A stretch of 20,000 nucleotides of DNA from Priapulus caudatus (lineage: Eukaryota). The stretch is from NCBI RefSeq assembly GCF_000485595.1, contig NW_014577072.1, forward strand, positions 333,829 to 353,828, given 5' to 3'. Of this stretch, positions 13,301 through 20,000 are shown one piece after another. A program made the position numbers and the translations under genes. Numbering within the stretch: the first letter of the stretch is position 1; every line of letters starts with the position of its first letter. The notes beneath the pieces are model-generated. The model saw only the letters and a program-made list of their open reading frames with translations, ran no database searches and was not told the origin of the DNA.

Positions 13301-13607
13301 CAGCAGATAATAGCAGCTTTATGCTGCAGATTTGCTCATTTTGCCAGGCGGGAAAATCAGACAAATTCACACAAATGCTAGTGGAGTGTTGTTTTTCTCC
13401 TGCCATGTGCACCTATTGACGACGGGATTTCACAGGTCAGTTCCTGCTGATGGTTTAATTAAATATGACTAATTGCTATCTTCTGCTGCTCTCGCCACCA
13501 CGGATACGGAAGCTAGACATAATACTCACCATATTACAGCGGCTGCGCCCCACCACGCGGGTCTGTTCGCTGCTAAAGTATCATCTGTCAAACAGGTAGG
13601 CCTATTG

Positions 13608-15269
13608 GTGCTGTCAACGTTTCCAAACTGTCAAACAACTCTGCCCGGACTCTAGCTTCGATCTCTTCTAGGCGATTTGTCACCCGCCGCACTGGCGCTC
13701 AATAGGTGCTCCCCAACGGCCAATACTGCGAAGGTTTTCATTAATCTGGGAGAATACCCACATTATCTGCTGCTGTCACTTACGGCTGGCTGATCTGTGA
13801 GTATGTTGACGCTATCATCGGTATGAGGAATCTGCAGAGAGGAAATGAGCTTGACGAGAGCGTGGATTTCAATAGAGTCTGTCAGCTAGGCGATCAGTTG
13901 TCTATCGTCAAGTCTGCCATGGGAAACGATTAATGTTGTTTTGTGTCAGTACACGCTGATCTCTTAGGGATATAATGGGTGCGGTGGACTAGGACTAGTG
14001 CTATAGATACTAGTACTGTTCGTTCCTCAGTCTGGTAACATACAAATGCCTGAATTGCAAAATGTAGATTGCATTTTGTTTATGATTGCATGACGATTAT
14101 AGCTATAGTGACATATCGCCAATTTCCTACGCGTGAATTATAGGACCAGACTTTAAACTTTAGCATTGCATAACTGGCTCCTGCGCTATTTACACCCTTC
14201 CCGCCTAGTTTACATTCTATTTGAGAAAGCACAAAGAAAACCAACAGTATATACAAAGCCTCTAAACAAGTGGCGTCTCACACCCACATGTGCAAATTGT
14301 GTTCAAACAGTATAGTTTACTGAATGTCTTTGCCTTTCTCAGTTATCCAAACCTATCCATAATATTGGCATCCTGATCTGCAGTAACTTAGCCAGGCCGT
14401 GCACAAACACAGGTTCGTACTAAGTCCTTGAAGAATAAGGTCAAGCCTGACGAGTAAAGTTCACTGATCCTGGGTTATGTAAGGTCCTGACAGACTTAGC
14501 AGCGAAGGCTAATTAATGTGGGCAGCGCCTTTGTGATCACTGAGCCAGAATTCAAAATACTTACCAGGAGAAAAGCACGAAGCTGCATCCATCCCGTTAG
14601 CAAATATAGAAACTGCCTCTCGAACGACCATATAGACGTTCGAAGGCAACACATATATAGAACCACACACTCCACAGCTTCGATTTGTCTTAGTTGAAAG
14701 GACAAGCCGTCCATTAATGCATAAACGACGCTTCCGCGTTCTACCCATGAATATGAACGGCTAGATCAGCCAAATCAGAGTTGTGACTTGTATAACAGGA
14801 AAGATATCCCGCTGTAATTTCTGAACACATAGGAAAGGGAATGGCGACGATATAATGAATCTAATCCAGCCACACAGGAAGACCACGTCATTCGTTGTAA
14901 TACCGGTAATATTTTTTTTATAACATATCGTCTCATGTCTCATAAACATGAAATCACATTAATGAGATTCGCTACTCATTTAATAGACGCGGCTTTTGCA
15001 TTTACTGATTATTTATATTTATCTACTGGTATGTTCGCCTACTAATCTGTCTATTTGTCTGCTTACCTGTCTGCTTTTCTGTCTGTCCGTATGTATGTAT
15101 GTATGTATGTCGGTCTGTCGGTCTGTCGGTCTGTCGGTCTGTCGGTCTGTCGGTCTGTCGGTCTGTCGGTCTGTCGGTTTGTCGGTCTGTCTATCTGTCT
15201 GCCTGCCATCCTGCCTGCTCGCTACCTACCTATTACCTATACCTACCTATCTCTCTATCTATCTATCTA
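13608..15269 (+). repeat. Copy 2 of the ~1.66-kb duplication
   Basis: Identical ORF translations at offset 5003 (9493..9711 vs 14496..14714). The left junction is continuous unique sequence. Confidence 0.95.
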
Positions 15270-15288
15270 CTCTCTATCTATCTATCTA

Positions 15289-15369
<81 letters not shown>

Positions 15370-15396
15370 ATATACTCTCTCTCTTCTCTCTCTCTA

Positions 15397-15433
<37 letters not shown>

Positions 15434-15465
15434 TTATATATTATATATTACTATATTTTTATATA
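15043..15465. repeat. Compound microsatellite (second copy, longer and noisier CT/TA end)
   Basis: Same arrays as 10040-10345, followed by irregular CT/TA runs. Confidence 0.95.
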
Positions 15466-16057
15466 GTATTCATATGACTAAACTTGGAGCCAGACAGAAT
15501 AGATAATTTTCCATCGTATCACATAGTAAGGCTTGCAAGCATTGTCAAGGGGGACCCTGCCTCTACGAACGTGTTTACTGCGGGATTACCCACATACAGA
15601 TGGACATAATACGCAACTACACATGTTCATGCTTTCCGCATCCGCAGACATAACCGGCAATGTCACCCCTCTAACTAAATGTTCACTAATCCCTCATCAC
15701 TTCCTTGTTCTGTGAAAGGATGGTCAAGTAGATACTAGCCGAGCACAACAGACATTTCGTGAATAGATAATTGCGCACGCCGAACTAGATGAGTAGAAGT
15801 CACGTCGTTGGGAGCAAAGACCAGTGCGTACTTTCTTCCATGTGCATGGGTGTAACAGACTGATTTTGGCAGGACACGACAACAACAGGGATAAGCTAGC
15901 TGTCACAAAATAGTCTACGTGTGAATGTAACGTAACAACGCGTATGTGTCCCGAGAGCAAAAGAGGAACTAATGAGCTGTAACCTTCTTAGAAGTGTCTC
16001 GCAGCACAGGCCAAACGATCGAACAATATCGTCGTATAGCAGAGCTATTTTTTGGGC

Positions 16058-16130
16058 ATTTTTTATTGGCGATTTTTATTGGCGATTTTTATTGCGATTT
16101 TTATTGCGATTTTTTGCGATTTTTATTGGC
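16058..16130. repeat. Minisatellite, ~6 copies of a 10-12-bp GCGATTTTTATT(G)-type unit
   Basis: ttttattggc-gatttttattggc-gatttttattgc-gatttttattgc-gattttttgc-gatttttattggc. Confidence 0.85.
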
Positions 16131-17749
16131 ATAAAATTCGCTGTCCGAGTACTTTTTCATTGTTGCGTAAATACGTCAAGACGCTCGCGCGTGCGTGTGC
16201 GCATGATCGCTGTGAATGTATTCCTGATAATAGCATATTATAAGACAAACCAGGGCCGTATCACCACCGGTCATTAAAAAAAACAATAATAGAGTTTACC
16301 CTATGTGTTGTCCCAGGTTGTGGAAAACACATTTTTTAGGACCCCTATATATAGCTACGATGGATGTGATGTTTACATTTAATTTTAGCTTGCCACATTA
16401 CCGTTCAAGACAAATAAAATATTGACAAATAATAACAAGGGGGTGTAATAACCCACTTTACTGCTAATGAATGGCAGTGCCTTGAATAATGTAATTATAC
16501 TATTCGGTTTTACTCAATCTAAATTAAACAAGCAATCGATTTACAGTTTTTATCTTTACAATTACTCACAGTAAGTGAGCACATGATAGTAATTTAGTGA
16601 TCAAAGGCTGTATATGTAGCATGTAAGCATGTAAAGGTCTATTGTGCGATGTTTCGTTCTTCGTTGTTACAATTTAATAGCTCTAATCAGTAGTCTAATT
16701 AATAGTAGTATAGAGAATAATAAACTCGACACTATTCTACATACGTCACACGAGAAAAAATCTGACTTGAGACAAATTAAATATTTTTAGACACGGTACA
16801 GTTAATTGCTATCGTGCATTCACCTTATCGGAAAAGGACGCAACTATGTAATATAGTTGCGCTAAAATGCACGACAACATTTCGTGGTAGTATCTTGTTA
16901 AAATGAGAAGAACCACCAGAATACCTATTTAAGCGATAAATGATCACCTTATACGCTATGTGATCAGAATGCGAGTAACAGCAGATTGATTATCGATAGA
17001 TTGCTGCTAATTGTCATTTTCTTAAATAGATATTCTCATAAATAGATCATCGATTGCCTGGCCTTGTTTAGGTCGGGAGAACACCTGCTTGTGAACTTTG
17101 TGTGGCACATTTAAGGTGTGTCACACCAAATTAAGCCATCCAAGAAAGAATATGTGGACAGTCGATGCTGATACATAATTGTCTTAAGAAATCTTATATC
17201 AACATATAAGACTCGAAGGTTTTCTCGCTTTTTCTCTCGTAGTGTAAATCAGAGAGAACTGTGGACTGGTGCAGATGTCTGCAATGGCGGCGGATTCTCT
17301 TTATCTAAGTCAAACAGCAGCTGATGGTCGCCGAGGGTGGCTCAACAGATTAAACACGCATCTGACTACAGGCGCAAGCTCTGCTGAGTAAATACAGCCA
17401 CTCTCCAACATCTAATACCAGTTGATACTCTTGTAGATAGCAAGTCATTCTAACGCTACATAGATCTTAGTTCTGCCATATGCTCCACAAGGGTACGCAG
17501 GCAGTTGTAGATTTTAAGTGATCATGAAACCATGCAATTTATTATAGTGAGAAAATCTACCTGATTTTGCAAACCCGTAAACCATATGGTTTGGAGGTCG
17601 GTATATACCCAGACTGGAGCCTGCTGCCCGAAATATCATACGAAAAATCATACGAATATTGTAAGTGTAAAATATCATAATTTTTGCAAAACACTTTACT
17701 TCAAATGTTATAAAATGTTACACTGATGATAATTATATACTATAGATTT

Positions 17750-17870
17750 ACGCGCGCCGAATGCGAGCGCAAAATATCTATCGTGTTTGAATTTTTGGCT
17801 CAGCGTCTTTGACGCGCGCCGAATGCGCACCGTGTGCGGGCTGGTTTACGTGCGCAAATGGCGCGCGCGT
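17750..17870. promoter_or_regulatory. CpG-rich promoter-like patch
   Basis: CG-dense island in AT-rich surroundings, with a 16-bp direct repeat ACGCGCGCCGAATGCG (17750-17765, 17812-17827) and TGCGCA/AAATGGCG/GGCGCGC motifs. Confidence 0.3.
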
Positions 17871-17875
17871 TTAGA

Positions 17876-17924
17876 CAATAGAACTAGAATAGAAATAGAA
17901 TACAACTTCTATTCTAGTTCTATG
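17876..17924. mobile_element. Tiny MITE-like palindromic remnant
   Basis: Perfect 17-bp inverted repeat ATAGAACTAGAATAGAA (17878-17894 / 17907-17923) with a 12-nt spacer, flanked by direct GTTTAGA (17869-17875, 17925-17931). Confidence 0.5.
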
Positions 17925-19925
17925 GTTTAGAGTTTAGACAGTCTGTTCGAAATGTAGTTTATTATATCAATAATACCTTAATAATATATATATAATAATA
18001 ATAGGCCCCCTATATCTAATAATACCTTATTACTAGCGAGGTATTATTAGCTCTTGTTTATATGAAATACTCTTGCCTGCATGTTACCAAGAGATAATAA
18101 TACATAAGTATTATTATAGCTCTTGATATTACGCAGTTATCTTGATGACGTCAGAAGTAACATATTGGACACCAACAGACACACCCCCTCACGCACATAT
18201 AGCATAAAATAAAGCTGCATAGATAATTTTATTATATTAGGTTATTAGGTATACATTTTATTTTTCCAGAAGCTGGTGGATGGGCAATTAATTGATCCCT
18301 GCACCCAGAGATTACGGTCATGCATATCATATCTTAACCCGCACGATTTTTCAGGACGTGCACGTGAACCTTGAACATCTGAATAAATTTTCCTACATAT
18401 CACGTGGTTTCACTCACGCTGTTACAACAGCAGATGCGGTGTCTATATGTGGCAAGGAGATCAGACGACCCCCACTATATGTAAAACAACAAAATTTACA
18501 GTTACTAGTTTGTTTACATATGCTTGTAGATGCTGTACGTTTGTGCCTTTAAGCACACTGTGGTCCTTATTATGAATTTTGTCGCCATTTTGAATTCAGA
18601 TGTATATCAATATACTGTATGTGTAGTTTGATGATACGTACGCGTTTGTGCATGAATATACGTACAATGCACGAATTACAAAATTGCCTCCCTAGGTATA
18701 GGTACCTAGATATATGGTTGTCTCTATTGCAATGGGTCTCAGCTTCTAGCAACCAATAGGGATCAATGCAGTACGTGTAATTCCCCCGCTCTGTCAGATG
18801 TTGCAGCTTCATTTACGGCATCCATGCAATTAATTATACATATTGCAAATTTTCCTAATACCTTTGTCTTCAGTGGAGTAGTGTATATTACTCAATTTAG
18901 CTCATAAAGGTAATAAAATAAGACGTACCCATGTACTCTTCCAAATTTTTTTAAATTATTAATCGCAATTTGGCTGATTAAGGAGTAATGTGAGGTTTAA
19001 TATTACTTCTTACATATTCAACATTTGTGTGGTATCCATCCTACTGAACACAGGTTTGCATGTCCTCACTAATGTTACAGCAGTAGGACGAACACGCGTA
19101 CGTAGTCATCTTACTCGCATTATTAAAGTATTATACAATTATATATTACTTTCCAGTTAATTTACATCACAATTTGTTCAGTTACTTCATATATCATACA
19201 AGCTCCGTGTGTAACCTTTAAACCACAGAGCCAGCACTGGCAATAGTAGTACGTACGTTCGTTCGGCTTAATAATAACACCTTAGCCATCTGTGCATGCG
19301 CCATGCCGAGAGAACACCCCAGAAAAAAAGTGTGATGAGTATTTATGAAAGCATCCCAATCAGAACCAAGTGTTGCCCGGCTCCTAGCAACGCTCTCATA
19401 CTGTTTTCACAGCAGAAGAATTGGGTAATCCGAGCAGCAAGCAGATATATACGCTGCACGCACGAATATGCATTGCTCTGGATGAGTAGATAAATATTTG
19501 CTTAGACTACCGCCGTGCTTGTTTTGAAAACACGAGTCTCATTAGGAGAGGGAGAGCAAGAATTACCACGACGACGGCAATTCTGCGCAGACAACGATCG
19601 AATGAAGACGAATGCGCGCGCAACCGTAAACAGGAAGTGCGACACCTCTTAACTGTCACAATGAAAATTGTAACAACTAGCAATATATTTACATCATGCA
19701 TCAAAATTGGCCCCGATTCCGACATTTGTCAGGAATGCTTGTGAATTAGATTTCTCCCATCACGTTATGTTTATAAACGAAGTAAATCTGAGTGATAGTA
19801 AACGTTAGCAGCATAGATGCTATCGAAGAACAATCCAGGAAAATAACTGATGATCGATATCACCGACGATAGTGTACGCAATTCTAATTAAATAGACATA
19901 GGCATACGCCTCAGAAGCTATTATA

Positions 19926-19944
19926 CACGCACGCACGCACATGC

Positions 19945-19996
<52 letters not shown>
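19926..19996. repeat. (GCAC)n microsatellite
   Basis: Directly visible. Confidence 0.95.
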
Positions 19997-20000
19997 TTAC

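Larger units (their letters stand above)
10389..18474 (-). ncRNA. Putative multi-exon minus-strand transcript (lncRNA or extended 5' region), no recognisable product
   Basis: Candidate exons bounded by pyrimidine-rich AG and GT: 18474-18418, 14820-14565, 13831-13784, 13725-13530, 11861-11780, 11083-11066, 10967-10929, 10780-10719, 10507-10389. Several have stops in all frames. No expression evidence. Confidence 0.35.

Noticed and set aside
13630..13695. SELENOM resemblance (CGGUQ plus NRLEEIEA in another frame)
   Set aside because: Needs a frameshift, and the flanking residues do not resemble SELENOM.

Overview
Animal (probably invertebrate) draft-genome sequence. It is CpG-undepleted, rich in microsatellites and has two 10-N gaps (834-843, 8595-8604). 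The only confidently recognisable protein-coding element is one minus-strand exon (~5903-6115) encoding the N-terminal half of a PR/SET domain of the PRDM3/16 (MECOM/PRDM16/hamlet) type. A long intron follows it and runs off the left edge. A ~1.66-kb segment is present twice with near-perfect identity (8605-10266 and 13608-15269), most likely an assembly mis-extension. Upstream of the PRDM exon on the minus strand (10.4-18.5 kb) lies a chain of short exon-like units with canonical splice signals but no recognisable protein, which could be a lncRNA or an extended 5' region. The most unusual signal sits in that chain. A 23-nt element abutting a 3' splice site (13294-13316) is complementary to two separate upstream intronic elements, each just after a different 5' splice site. 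This resembles competing docking/selector RNA pairings that could control a stop-containing cassette exon. The supplied ORFs over microsatellites are spurious.
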